Below, one piece after another: positions 35,325 to 47,751 of a DNA stretch of 64,000 nt. Where the stretch lies: the NCBI GenBank assembly GCA_050273025.1, contig CP158635.1, positions 27,652,001 through 27,716,000 on the forward strand. The letters run 5' to 3'. Position numbers and translations under genes: made by a program. Under the pieces are notes generated by a model, which had not been told where the DNA came from, ran no database searches, and saw only the letters and a program-made list of their open reading frames with translations. Source of the DNA: Cenococcum geophilum (lineage: Eukaryota). How positions within the stretch are numbered: position 1 is the stretch's first letter; each line of letters begins with the position of its first letter.

Positions 35325-37321
35325 TGTACAACTCACCCGATCAGTACTCGGCAGGCGCTGCGCCCAATATAAACCTCCAGCAGGTCACTCCCCAGGGCTC
35401 GCATTACACAAACGCTCCTTCCAGCAATGTTCCTGGCAGCTTGCAGCCGGGCAGCAATTCTCAGAGACCAGGTCCTGCCTCCGCATATACCGCTCCCACA
35501 ACCGTCCCCACCATGCCGCATATCTCCACCAACGCACAACAGTATACCTTACCCACCCGTTCCAACACCATGAATACCTCGCATTCCTCACATCCCTCAC
35601 ATACCTATTCGAGATCGAGCCCGGCTGGCCTGGAACAGAAATATATTCCCTTCTCCAACACACCAGAGAACCCGAAGTACGCGGCCACGCCTGGCCAGAA
35701 ATACTACTCCGCAACCACACCATCAGGAGCAGCTTCAAACTCTCCTTTAGGTCTGGCAGATATACGGCCGCGAGCGAACTCAAACATGGAGAACGAAGCG
35801 TTAGGAGGAGGCGCTTTCTTTAACGACAGCGACCGGGTACCTTCAAACAGCAATTATCTGGCGCCGTGGGGTGTGTACGCGTATGATTGGTGCAAATGGC
35901 CGGTACATGGAGGAAGTAGTGCCGGCAAGATGGCTGTAGGGAGCTATCTGGAGGACACTCACAACTTTGTAAACTATCCTGTCCGAACCAAATCGGGAAT
36001 CGTTTTGCCCGTTAGCGTGGTGTTGGTTTCTAACTCTCTACCCAGATACAAATTCTCGATACCCAAATATCCCCACAAGAAGTCACCTCACCAGGCGCGC
36101 CATCCTTCGGCTTAGAATATACTCGCATCGCCGAAGCTACCTGCTCATATCCCGTCACACGAATACTTTGGGAACCTCCTTCCTCACAGAAACAATCCAC
36201 CGATCTCCTCGCTACCTCCGGCGACCATCTCCGGCTATGGTCTCTCCCTCAATCCTCTGCTTCCAGCGTAAGCAACACGATAACGCGAAGTTCTTCAGTG
36301 AACACCCGAGACCCTCCACCTCAGAAGCTCACCCCGCTCGCTCTCCTCTCCAACTCGAAGACGCCCGAACACACCGCACCTCTCACGTCCCTTGACTGGA
36401 ATACCCTCTCCCCGAAACTCATCATTACCTCCAGCATCGACACTACCTGCACGATATGGGACATTCCGACTCTGACTGCGAAAACGCAATTGATCGCGCA
36501 CGACAAGGAAGTCTTCGACGTCCGCTTCTGCGCCGGCAGCGTTGACGTGTTCGTCAGCTGCGGCGCAGACGGCAGCGTGCGGATGTTCGACCTGCGCAGT
36601 CTGGAGCACAGCACCATCATCTACGAGCCGTCCGAGAAGCAGCCCGGCGACAAAGACGGGAAAGGTACCCATCCCAACCCCTCCCTCTCCACCAACACAT
36701 GAACTAACCATGCACCAGGCTCCCCAGGCCGCATGTCTCCCACAAAAGCCCAGCAGACAATGTCCTACGCACCCCCCCTGCTCCGTCTTGCCGGTACGTC
36801 ACCCCACCATCTCCTGGCCCTCCCCAAACTAACCCCCCCTCCCCCCAGCCTCCCCCCACGACTCGCACCTCCTGGCCACCTTCGCCGCCGACAGCCCCCT
36901 GATCCGCATCCTCGATGTGCGGCAGCCCGGCCAGGCGCTCCTCGAACTCCGCGGCCACTCCGCCCCCGTCAACAGCATCGAGTGGTCCCCCTCGCGGCGC
37001 GGCATGCTCGCCTCCGGCGCCGACGACTCCCTCGTCCTCGTCTGGGACCTCATCCACGCGCACAACAGCGCCGCGCTGAACGGCGACGCCCCCGCCCCCC
37101 CTTCCATCAATAACCCGCCGTCTGCTGCGGCCGCCGGCGCCGGCGGCAGCGGCGCGGCGGGCGCGGTGAGCGCGGTGGGGCAGAAGGGGCCGTATGCCAG
37201 CTGGCGGTGCGAGTACGAGGTTGGGAATCTGAGCTGGGCGCCGCAGAGCGGGTTGACGGCGCAGGGCGGCGAGTGGGTCGGTGTGTGTGGCGGGAGGGGC
37301 GTGTGGGGGGTTAAGCTGTAG
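34826..37321 (+). CDS. DCAF7/Han11/YPL247C-type WD40 scaffold protein with Q-rich N-terminus; exons 34826-35968, 36046-36664, 36719-36793, 36849-37321 (alternative start 35177)
   Basis: Family motifs YPVTRILW, DLLATSGDHLRLW, APLTSLDWN, TSSIDTTCTIWD, QLIAHDKEVFDV, GADGSVRMFDLRSLEHSTIIYE. Three GT-AG introns with CTAAC branch sites restore the frame. Confidence 0.9.
35205..35323 (+). repeat. CAG/CAA poly-glutamine tract in the WD40 gene
   Basis: (CAGCAA)n run encoding about 19 consecutive Gln within a longer Q/H/P tract. Confidence 0.9.
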
Positions 37322-37690
37322 GGTTTTGGCTTGTTGATTCCTTTGTTTTGGGGTGAGGGGGTTCTCGTTGGGCATAGAGGGGTTGTGTGATGATAGTGCG
37401 GCCCCCTGATTATTATTATTTTCCTTCTTAGCTGGGTGAGGTTTTGATGTTGGGCGTTTGCTTTGGTGGAGAGGAGGTGCGGTGAGATGTGATGGGATGG
37501 GATGACGCGGGTTTTTGGAGGATGGAACGAAGTGATGGGGAGAGGGGGGGAAGGGAAGGAAAATGAAACGATGTCGGGGAAATGATACCATTTTATCCTG
37601 TTCACGGTTCCGGTGCTTTATGTGTGCGATACGGTGTTACGGAAGGGCAAATCAGAAACGGTGACGCGGTTGTGTGAGTACATCTATCTA

Positions 37691-40354
37691 CAGCCTGTAC
37701 GAGCTCCGGCGTCTCCCCCCCGTTGCGCAGCGCGGTACACACGCAATTTCGCTTTCCTGCACACTAGAGAACTTCAAGTTTAACTCTTACAATTAAGCCT
37801 AAAAATCAAAGACTTTACCATTCTTGTAAGTGCACATACCTTGCTTAGGAGTGCACAGCCTTTTTCGTAAGTGCACAGTATCTACGCTGGATGGTGCACT
37901 TGACTAAATATTAGCGAAATTGCGTGTGTACCGCGCTGCGCAACGGGGGGGGAGACGCCGGAGCTCGTACTCGGCCCCGTAGCGAGGCCCTACTAGCTCA
38001 ACGATAATCACACACTCAACGATAACAAACTTAATTGTGACGATTGTATTAAGGCTACACCTATTTTATAAGGCTATAAAATCCTCTCATCACGTAGGAG
38101 TTCATCCGATCCAAATTGCTTGTAATCTCTAAGCTTATCGCTGCCAAAGGAGGCGCTGGAGGTGTTTAATTTACTGCTAGCGTTCTCCCCGGAGTTAGAG
38201 TCGTCCTTTATAAAAATAGGAGCACTAGCTGACGCCTCTGCAGTCCATTTCTGACGTAGTAGAAGCTCGTAGGGGTTATCAGAGGCTCAGTGCTGCGCGG
38301 CGACATTAACAGCAGGCGTTATGTCCTTAGTAGTAGGCTATACCTTAATGCGTGGCCCGTACGGGCCTGCACGTTTAATAGACTCCCAGCAGCGGTCCTG
38401 GAGCTTAATATAGTTATCCTTTAGCCATTTGGAGACGTCCCTACGCCTTGGCTCGTCCTTAAGCTGCCTCCGCCCGTATATTTTGCCATGGTTGCGTACA
38501 GTAGGGCGAAGCTTGGCCTACCGCGTGAAGACCTTCTGGCGCTCTCGCGCCTTAAGCCTTGCTAACTGTCGGTTAAGGGCCTGTATCTTATTAACTTTGC
38601 GTTTCTTTGACATCTCTCGCGCCTTGCCTGCGTAGACAGGTCCTCCGCTAGCTGTTATTACTCTCCTTTTACGCTTACGGCGCTCCTCATGGGTATTCTC
38701 TGCTGCCTTGGTGTTAAGTAGGTCCTTTTGAAAACTAGCTAAGTTAGTAGCCTACGCTTCTCCTCCTCTTAGCGTACAAGCTATATTGATTGCTATTGGC
38801 GACGGCAGCCACTGCTCGATGATCCCCTTTACTTAAGCGTTCTGGGTTTAAAGCGTTTGTATAGTAAGAGGGGTACTCCAGCTAGGGCGGCCGGGCTCAG
38901 GGGTGACTTAAGGAGGCGTTAAGGGCCTAGGGACAGCTCTGCGTGCTAGTGCTGCCTCCTATAGAGAATTAGTGCCTTCTAGAGCCTTAAGGTAATTAAT
39001 AACTAGCTTAGGTTTAAACGGATATAATCTAGTTCGCCTCTACCCGCTAAGGACTGTACTACTCCTAAAGGCCTGCTAACGAACCTCCTTTATAGTAGCA
39101 AAGAAATCAGTCTTAGATATTTCAGTAGCGCCACTGCGAGAGGCCCAGTCAAGCACCTTGCCTTAGTACCACTTTAATGGCTAGAAGCACCCTACATCTA
39201 GAGGCTAGAGGAAGTGGGTAGTATGCGGAGGGAGCGCCCAGAGCTGTATCCTATTACTTATAGCGTACTCGATAAACTCTCTAGTAAAATAGGATCCATA
39301 TCCGTCCATTAGCAGTAGTCTCCATCTACCCTTAGCTTGCCCCTAGGTTATCTTATTAAAATGCTTTATCCAATCTAAACTGGTCTCGTTATTACTATAC
39401 CCGGTTTCGCTTTTATGCATAAGATAATCGTCCGGAAGGTCCATAATCCAGCCCTCTAAGATAGTCGCTGCTTTAACTATAATCATAGGAGCAATCGCGA
39501 CGCCGCTGGCTGAGATAGCCTCTACTAGGGAGACCTGCTCACGGTTATTCAAATAAGGTATAAATATCTGCCGTACAGCATTAGGATTAATTGCTAGTAG
39601 AATCCTAGGATAATTACCTACTTACCGTGCTTTGTATATACATACTGGTTCTTAGCAACCCTAATTTAAACTCCACATTCGTCTATATTATATAGATCCT
39701 CTTAGGTTATAGCTAGCTCTTTAATCTTTACCCCTAGCTTATTAAACCACTTCTAAATAGCCTCTAGCTGTTGCGCAAGCTTTCTCTACACCTCTATAGG
39801 CTTTGCTTTAACTCTCCTAAATTACGGGTGCTCTTGTAGCCATCTTTGAGCCCAATGGACCCCACAGTAAGGGGGTGAGCCAGCCCCAGTATGTGAGGCA
39901 GCTAGGATTGCGTCGCATTGCTGGCGTACTAAATTATGGCGTACACCGAAGCCTATATTGTCTACAAAGTCAATATAGCGTAGGAGAGAGTAGTCCTGCT
40001 CCTCGGTGAGCAGGGCATTTATTTTTAAGCAGGTTTTACGATTTTTTCCGCCCTTATAAGCTCGGTTGAGCCTCTGGTAGGGTAGGTTGTGAGACCTAGC
40101 GTATTAGAGGATATTTAGATTTGGTACTACATAGAGCTCTTTAAGCGCGGCTTTAATGCGGAGGACAGTAGCATCATAATCAGATAATTCGCGCTTTTTT
40201 TTGGCCATAGAAAATACTAGGGACGAGTAAATTAATGATTTTTGACAGATGTTATCGTTGAGTGTGTGATTATCGTTGAGCTAGTAGGGCCTCGCTACGC
40301 GAGGCCTTTTGCGGAGCAAAAGTCGGAGACCCTGCAGGGGCCGAGTACAGGCTG
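37691..40354 (-). mobile_element. Fot1/pogo-like DNA transposon, moderately RIP-mutated, with intron-containing transposase
   Basis: Outer TIR CAGCCTGTACTCGGCCCC flanked by TA (37689-90, 40355-56), plus a ~50-bp inner inverted repeat. Transposase from ATG 40208 (LYNIDECG, LLLMDGYGSY, LPPHTTHFL*PLDVGCF) with in-frame stops; 50-bp intron 39617-39568. Confidence 0.92.
37700..37967. mobile_element. MITE inserted into the left TIR of the Fot1-like element
   Basis: ~55-bp near-perfect TIR CGAGCTCCGGCGTCTCCCCCCCGTTGCGCAGCGCGGTACACACGCAATTTCGCT; TA TSD at 37698-99 and 37968-69. Removing it restores the host TIR. Confidence 0.9.
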
Positions 40355-40847
40355 TACGGTGGGATTCGGCTTGGATCAACGGTTAAGAGGTTGGCGCGGT
40401 GGGACTTGGCGAGGCTTGGGGTGGGTTGATTAGAGTGGAGGATTGCTTGAATTGACTTTATTCACACTCACAACTATAAACGACATAACTCCACGAGCAG
40501 GTCAAAACCCCAAGATATGCACGCTGTCTCTATTTGCATCGATTTATCAATGCTCCATCCAAACCCCAACAATGCTACTCATACATCCACATCAAACCGG
40601 CCTAAGCCAAAAAAAAAACATAAAACACGCCAAATGTCTAGCCCCAAAACGCAGAACAAAAACAAGAGTACATGTTTCTAGGAGAAATACAGAGATCTGC
40701 ATCACTTAGCGCCCGAGATCCCGCAATCTTCACCACCTGCATGCTGCCCGTCGGAACAAATCTTCGCCCCCCACCACACCCACCCGGTGACCAGCATCAC
40801 CTGCCGAGCGTCGGCACTATCCGCCAAACGCACAGAATGCCACCCCT

Positions 40848-41857
40848 CTAGCTAGCAGTTCCGTTGCTCGAAGCCGTCACGTTCTTGAGCTTGTTGGCCG
40901 CCACGACCAGCAGGTTCGGCTCGCCCAACTCGTTCTGCGTGAAGCGCGAGTTGAACTTGACGACGGACTTGATCGCGTTGAAGGTCGCGACGTTGAGCGG
41001 CAGCGGCTTCTGCGTGACCAGGAACATGACGCCCTCGGCGCACGGCGGCGTCGTCAGCGAGCCCGTGTACTGGAGGAGCGGCGTGGTCGTCAGCTGCGCC
41101 GACAGCGAGGTGAAGTCCAGCGGGCCGGTTTCGGTGACGGTGCCCGGGGTGGCGATCTCGGCTAGGTTCTTGGTTACGTTGGTGATGAGGTCGGTCGTGC
41201 TGCCGTCGGCGGTGAGTTGGAAGAGGGCGCTGACGACGGCGATGCGGCTCGAGTTGTCTGGTGCTTTGGTTAGCTGCGAGCTTTTTTTTTTCATTTATTT
41301 TCCATTTTTCGACATTTGGTTTTGGGGATAGGGGGACGGACCGGTTGCTTCGTGTACCATGTGCATTTCTAGTGGGAAGTACTCCTCGTCGATCCGATGT
41401 TCGGATGGCGTGTGGAAATGGAATTGCTTCAAGGAGTAGTTGGTTCCATCGAAAGTAGCCGTGCCATTAACGATTACTTCAACGGTTGACCCCAAGTTCT
41501 CGAACTCGGCTGACTCTACGCTGGGTATACAAATCTGAGGGGCCTCGGCCACAGTATGGATAGAAGAATCTTGTTGTCGTCAGTATTGCAGCCATAGAAT
41601 AGCATTGACATGAGGAGTTTTAAGTTAGACATACCCATATTTATCGGGGACTGTCTGGTACCAATAGCGCAGGCGCTGTTGTCCGTAGATAGGCCAGCCC
41701 AGTGGAGAGGACCTTCGAGTTCGGTATAGCCAAATTTACTAACCTCCACACCTCCATCGGGGGTAGCGCGCCGTAAAAGATGTGAGGTGCCATGAAGGCA
41801 GCTAGCAGAGGCATAGCCGGTGAGTAGCAGAAATCCGGAAAACTCTTTGAAAAACAT
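40848..41857 (-). CDS. Secreted alpha-class carbonic anhydrase; exons 41857-41635, 41569-41342, 41257-40848
   Basis: Signal-peptide-like N-terminus; RQSPIN; zinc ligands QFHFHTPSEH and EMHMVH; YTGSLTTPPCAEGV; two GT-AG introns that keep the frame. Confidence 0.93.
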
Positions 41858-43352
41858 AGTGTTGAATGAACAGCGTAATGATTGATATTCGAAAAATGTA
41901 GTCGATCTGAGTGAGAGTATTGTTACTGTCTTTCTTGCCGGTGCTTCTTGCGACGGATTATATGTTGTTGTAATATAAGCAGGAGAATTTCTTCCGATGG
42001 GTCAAGTGAGCGACGATCAACGTGCACTTATAATTGACGATTACAAATGTGGAGAAGAGCTGAAAGCCAATTTTAAAGAAGGACTGACTCTGAGGAGAGC
42101 CGGCGCAGCAGAGGTTCAGCGAACGTAATAAGGAAAGGTGAATATTACTAAGAATGACCTAGAGGTCTCTGAAGATTTAGACGCTGCGCCATGTAGTTGC
42201 GTCGACGTTACAGCCAAGTACAAGGTAAGCCAAGTCATACTGACAAGAGAGTTGGAAAAGAAAGTAAGGCTCAATAGAAGTACACAGCCCATGGGACTGA
42301 CGAATGCTGCTTGCCAAGGTCTGAGGCTCATACGCCAAGTTCTCCCGCCAAGTTCTCCCGCCGAGCGGAAAGAGCTGAATCTGTTAAGAACTTGACTATA
42401 TTTAACTGGAAGCAACGCTTTCTGACATTACCAAGTCATGTTCGTTTGAGGGCTGAATGAGAACTAGCAGGTTAAAATTGTGGTACTGTGGAGACAACAA
42501 TTTTATTGCGATCTCCCAAAGCGCAGATCACAGAGCTTGACAGTGAGAAAATTTAATTCCGTGCACGCACAGGTTGTGCACATAATTATGATATTTTTTA
42601 TATGTATTTATAATAGAATGTAGACGCATATACATAAAAGTAAAATTAAAGTATTTTTAAATATGCTTACCAAAACACTTGGAGGGATTCCGCTGCTGAA
42701 ACTTCTTGGAGGCTTCTTGGCGCTTACCTAAGTGTGTGGAGAGACGTGCATTGACCAATTCCACGCATCGCCAAGGTAGCTGGAAAAGTATTCTCCCATC
42801 TCTTACACTTGGCATGTTCGAGCTGGAGGCTGTCGTAGACATGTGGCTAAGCTAGGACAGGAAAAGAGGCAATATTTCGGTACCGGTTAGATCTATTTCC
42901 AATACGAGATTTTCGTCCGTCCCGGATCCTATACCAAAGCGACAAAGTGGTGATGTTGTGCAAGGCCCTCTAAGATGCTTCGGATGCAAGTGCATCTGTA
43001 TTGCCGGGAGGCTTATTGGTGTGATTTCGCCCGGACTCAGAGTCAGGCGCAGAACCGAGGTTACGAAACGCCACAAGGAATGAAATAGGTAAGATCAGGG
43101 GCATCTCTCAAACTCTGGACTGTTGTGGACTGTTGTAGATTGATGTTAGGTGGCCCAACATCGAAACTGGATGACAGAATCATTGAGCCTTGGATGTAAT
43201 CACGTGCATGATTACTGCGCCTGAAGTCACCTGGATCAAGACTAGCAACCATAACGATGCTTAAGCCACCACTTCACTGGGGTGCCTGGAGCTCACGAAA
43301 AGCTCCAGGAGCTCGTGCGGAATTCATACGAATCCTCAAATAATTTTCCAGC

Positions 43353-44810
43353 ATGTCTTTAATCAACTCCATACTCGGTCCACTTTCACCGAGGCTTCGG
43401 AACCCTTCTGAAGATCACCACGAGCTCCAACTCTACGACACCTCCCCACTCTCTCCACAAGCTTTACCCGCGTTTCCACCCCGGCCTGTCGCGTCAAGCA
43501 TGTACGCTTCCCCAGTAAGATTGGACCAGAAGGCAAGAGTACCGGATGATTTGCTGGCTGTACAACGGAAAGCAAGACATCTAGAGGAAGAGTTGCAAGA
43601 TCTTCTGGATGCTCAAGCAGAGGGTCTCATGGCTGGATTAGGCAACGGCCAACTAGACGATCACACTTCCACTGGCAGCAGCACTCCAACGGTTTCCAGT
43701 ATGCGAAGGAATGCCACAAACCCTCCTCGACAGCCGAGTCGCCGCAAATACAATCTCCGAGCCGCTCGACGAGGAATATATAGAAGGATTCAACAGCTCG
43801 CTGCTGTTAAAGAAGAAGAATCCTACTTATTGGAATCGGATCTGTCAAAGAATCAAGTTGTCTTGGAGAGGATAACTAAATGGGAAGCTAAGCGAAACGG
43901 TCTCGAGCAAAGAATTCAGACCATCGAGAAAAACGGAACTAGATCAAAGGCACATACACTCAAAGAGGAAGCTAGCAAACTTGAAACCGAGATTAGGCAA
44001 CTGGAGGAAAAGTTGTGGGGGATGAAAGCCAAACATCGAAGAATTTTAGAAGAGCTATCTGAGACTGAGAATGCTGTGGAAGCGAAGCTGTCCTCTTACA
44101 AAGCCTCACTGTCTCTCCTCGAATTGGAAGTTACGAAATTTCTCGCGCGACCACCTCCTGAGTCTCACCGCAACCTATCAAAAACTTCGACTTTCTTTTC
44201 CCTCCCACCTAAGCGCCGCACGCTGGCTATGGCCAAGGATTACTGGCAAGATGAGCAAACGAGACTCGAGGAGAGCTACCAAGAAGTGGATATTGATAGG
44301 GATGCTCTGGAAGAAGGCGCTGTTCTGTGGAATGATGTTATTAATAACATCACCGACTTTGAGTCGGGTCTTCAAGAAGAGATGCAGAAAATGGGGAGAA
44401 GTCGTGACCCAAATGACATGAGTCCAGCCCCACCAGACAATAGCATCAAAGGCCTCATTTCGCGTATGGATAGAACGATGCTCTATATCGAAAGCAAACT
44501 GAAACTAGCGGAATCAAAGAACTGGAAATTGCTGGTCTGTTGCATCGGCGCTGAGCTTGAAGCTTTTAAGCAAGGTCGAGAAATATTAGAGAATGCTTTG
44601 TCGCTCATGCCAGACTCGAGATCAGATGCTGAGCAACATTCAGACACTTCGGAAAATGAGCCAGCAACGCACAGCAGCCTGGACCATGAACCAAACTCCT
44701 CGCCTGAACCCAGTCGCCAGTCATATTCGAATCAGAAATTCTTTGATACGGATGACGACGATCCTGATCCTGAGCTCCTTCTCTCACATCAAGATACTGA
44801 CACCGAATGA
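43353..44810 (+). CDS. ATG28: Atg28-like coiled-coil autophagy-related protein
   Basis: 485-aa intronless ORF with a long coiled coil; LQDLLDAQAEGL and WKLLVCCIGAELEAF motifs recalled from Pezizomycotina Atg28. Confidence 0.72.
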   Translation: MSLINSILGPLSPRLRNPSEDHHELQLYDTSPLSPQALPAFPPRPVASSMYASPVRLDQKARVPDDLLAVQRKARHLEEELQDLLDAQAEGLMAGLGNGQLDDHTSTGSSTPTVSSMRRNATNPPRQPSRRKYNLRAARRGIYRRIQQLAAVKEEESYLLESDLSKNQVVLERITKWEAKRNGLEQRIQTIEKNGTRSKAHTLKEEASKLETEIRQLEEKLWGMKAKHRRILEELSETENAVEAKLSSYKASLSLLELEVTKFLARPPPESHRNLSKTSTFFSLPPKRRTLAMAKDYWQDEQTRLEESYQEVDIDRDALEEGAVLWNDVINNITDFESGLQEEMQKMGRSRDPNDMSPAPPDNSIKGLISRMDRTMLYIESKLKLAESKNWKLLVCCIGAELEAFKQGREILENALSLMPDSRSDAEQHSDTSENEPATHSSLDHEPNSSPEPSRQSYSNQKFFDTDDDDPDPELLLSHQDTDTE

Positions 44811-46602
44811 AGCGGATTGATTCTTATGGATTTACCACCAAGGCCTGGAAGGTCCCTAGAGTACTACATGAGCGAGTAATACTGCAATCCATCACCTGCG
44901 CAATATATTTTCTCCGAGATCACCTTATTCTTATCCATTCTCCATGAGATGCCGTACTATTTACTCCCTCACTCACTCTTCGTACTCCTAAAGAGCGAGC
45001 TCACCTCTTCTACCGCCACCATAACCCTAATATGTTCCAAGCATACGTTGGAAATGAAGATCAGATGCTGGGTTCAGAAGACCTTAGTTGCAGACGAGAA
45101 CCTCGGATGGACATGGACATTCGTCAACCCTAATGCACGCTAGCTTTGAGCCATGTCAGTATTCTGTACTGGTCAGTTGAAGTCTCGAGATTCAAATCGC
45201 AATGCAGCTTAGTGGTAAGAGTACGATCCGGGTAAATAGTGCATTGCAAGCGAGGAGGTAGGACGTTTAAAGTTTGACCGGAGGTTTAAGCATGACTAAG
45301 ACTAAATGCTGGAGCAAAACATTGACCACCTATTTACTGCTTTCGATGCTCGAGTGAGTGCGATCTAGTTTGTAAAAAACCACAGCTTACCTACCAACTT
45401 TTTAAAACATGACCCTCAACATAGCTTAGCTTAAACGCCTCAGTCCATAGTGGGGTCTCTTGGTAAGTTATTGAAGGCATTTTAGGGATTGATATGGCCG
45501 GACCACCCCATGTGTATCTCGAAGTACATTTAGAGGAAGATGAGTAAAAGTACACATAAAAGAGCTTGTCAGCTTAAGTTTTTTTCTACCGGTACACCTA
45601 TGGTAGTAGCACGGAGTTTCTACAAGAGTGGTTATCTCCATTGCTTGATTAGGGTGTTAGTCCAGCTTTATGATGTATATAAGGGTACACATGGATCAGG
45701 TCACACTCTACTACGAACACGAAGTAGGATTAGGGTAAACAGTAAAGCATGGGTGACAGGCGCGTGTCGATCAATAAGCACTGACCAGGAGGCTTGTTGT
45801 TCATCCGCACTTGCGACCAGAAATCTTGGCGGCCTCGATTTACACTACCCTTCTCTCTTGCCGTCTTTTCGCGTCCTTATTTAAATTTATGCATGCGGCC
45901 GCTTCCTACGGCCATACACTCCCAAAACGACCGGGGCCACGGATATTCCACTACTTTTGGCGTCGTACTCCTCCAGGATCAAGCTATAGCGGAACTAGTC
46001 AAGTATCTCGACTTTATTTCGACGTATCTAGGTCCCGCAAATATCCTAGAAGCCAACAAGGCCGGAGATATTAGTCCTGACGAAACCATATTCACAATTC
46101 CTACCGTTGCACCAGGGTGCTCTCATTTACCGCGTTATAAACCCCTCGCGTTCGGCCTAGCTCAATCATTAGCCGGGGAGTAATCCTCCAACGCATTTAG
46201 AGGGGTTCGTTAAGACTTCAAATACTCTTATTGATGCTAAAATGGCTCAGGTTGGTGTGTGGCGCTGATATACGTCGTTGCCGGTTCTTCAAATGTCTCC
46301 CCATAGTGTTGATTCGAAACGCTGCTCGACAACAGAAACTGCCGAAAATCGAAATGACGATCCATTGAGAGAAAGCTATCAACTGAATTACAGTCTTCAG
46401 AGGTGGTCTGAAGAGGCTCCAAGAGACAGCATTTGGTCGTCTTTCAACCTTCGCACTAGAGTCGTGCGAGTCAAAGCTGTGGAGGAGTCATTAGAAGAAT
46501 GGAGGGAAAGGTGTCCTGCACCAGGCTCGACTGTGATGTCTCTCGAAAGGTAATATTGATATTATAGTGGAACTCAACCATTAGCCATGAAATGTGCTAA
46601 TT

Positions 46603-47700
46603 AATGAAAATGTTTATCGGTAGATTGCGAGCACCGCGACTTCTACCAACAACATCAAACTTCTCCATTTTTGAGCCATACGGCTTTTGCTTTCTTGTAT
46701 GGCTTATTTAATAGAGAACTTGTTGTTCATTCGGTCTATCGTATTACGATGGTCTCATCCCATCGTTGTCGCGTTAGATCGTCTTACCGCCGCATCTACA
46801 ACCACCCCCCTTTTTCGCTTTTTACGCGTCAAACGCATCAGAAGTATCAAGGTCTGGTTTGTATCTTGCTTTTCGCTCAAGTGAGCATTCGGCTTCACAA
46901 TGCGCGTCTCGCTGTCGTCACAATGCGTGGCGTCTCGCTGTCGTCGCGTTAGGTCGTCTTACCCTATTCCTACGAGCAGTCTTTACCTAATTTTTCCCCT
47001 ACCTAGCGGCGACTAGGAGGGTTTTTTGAATAGGTTTTACATTGAACGCTCTCCCCTACCCTCTGCCTTCGCTGGCTACGCTCCCCACCTTTCACTAGCG
47101 CTTCTCTTAGCCTTTGGGCCCCTTCCACACAATACACAATATTTGGGTATAGGTCTGTTCCTACTACGCTCTGCTTTATGGGAACAGCTCTTTCTGGGTC
47201 ATACTTGGCTTTCTCTGCTTTACCCACCCTACCTGTAGCTGCAGGCCTGGCGCTGGCTGTGCTTGCAGAGATAGCCTCCTTTGTGCCTATACCTCCAAAT
47301 ATTGATATTGTTGTACGGTTTCTTCTTCTTCAGATGGTGACGAGCAAAAATGAGATAAATGAAAATGTTTATCGGTAGATTGCGAGCACCGCGACTTCTA
47401 CCAACAACATCAAACTTCTCCATTTTTGAGCCATACGGCTTTTGCTTTCCCACCCACCATCCCTATGTATACACCTATATAGAGCTTCGCATATCTAGGT
47501 ATAAAGGAGGTGATAATGCTAGGTTATACCTGGCTGGGTCATACTTGGCTTTCTCTGCTTTACCCACCCTACCTGTAGCTGCAGGCCTGGCGCTGGCTGT
47601 GCTTGCAGAGATAGCCTCCTTTGTGCCTATACCTCCAAATATTGATATTGTTGTACGGTTTCTTCTTCTTCAGATGGTGACGAGCAAAAATGAGATAAAT
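46603..47700. repeat. Interleaved perfect duplications: A (46603-46694 = 47358-47449) and B (47194-47360 = 47534-47700)
   Basis: The 92-bp and 167-bp blocks are each identical by eye; order A...B-A-x-B. Confidence 0.92.
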
Positions 47701-47751
47701 CGTCCATTCAGTGCTCTTTTCAGCTGACTGGGGCAATGGCATGATGTCTCC

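Noticed and set aside
35087..35372. Poly-Cys, poly-Leu and poly-Ser/Asn ORFs
   Set aside because: Other-frame readings of the CAG/CAA poly-Gln tract.
41900..43340. Short ORFs between carbonic anhydrase and ATG28
   Set aside because: Divergent promoter region; the ORFs are under 100 aa with no motif support.
45540..46952. Possible small gene or upstream exons (e.g. 46293-46549 spliced to 46624 onward)
   Set aside because: A plausible intron exists, but there is no recognisable protein family and the downstream frame is unclear, so it is not called as a CDS.
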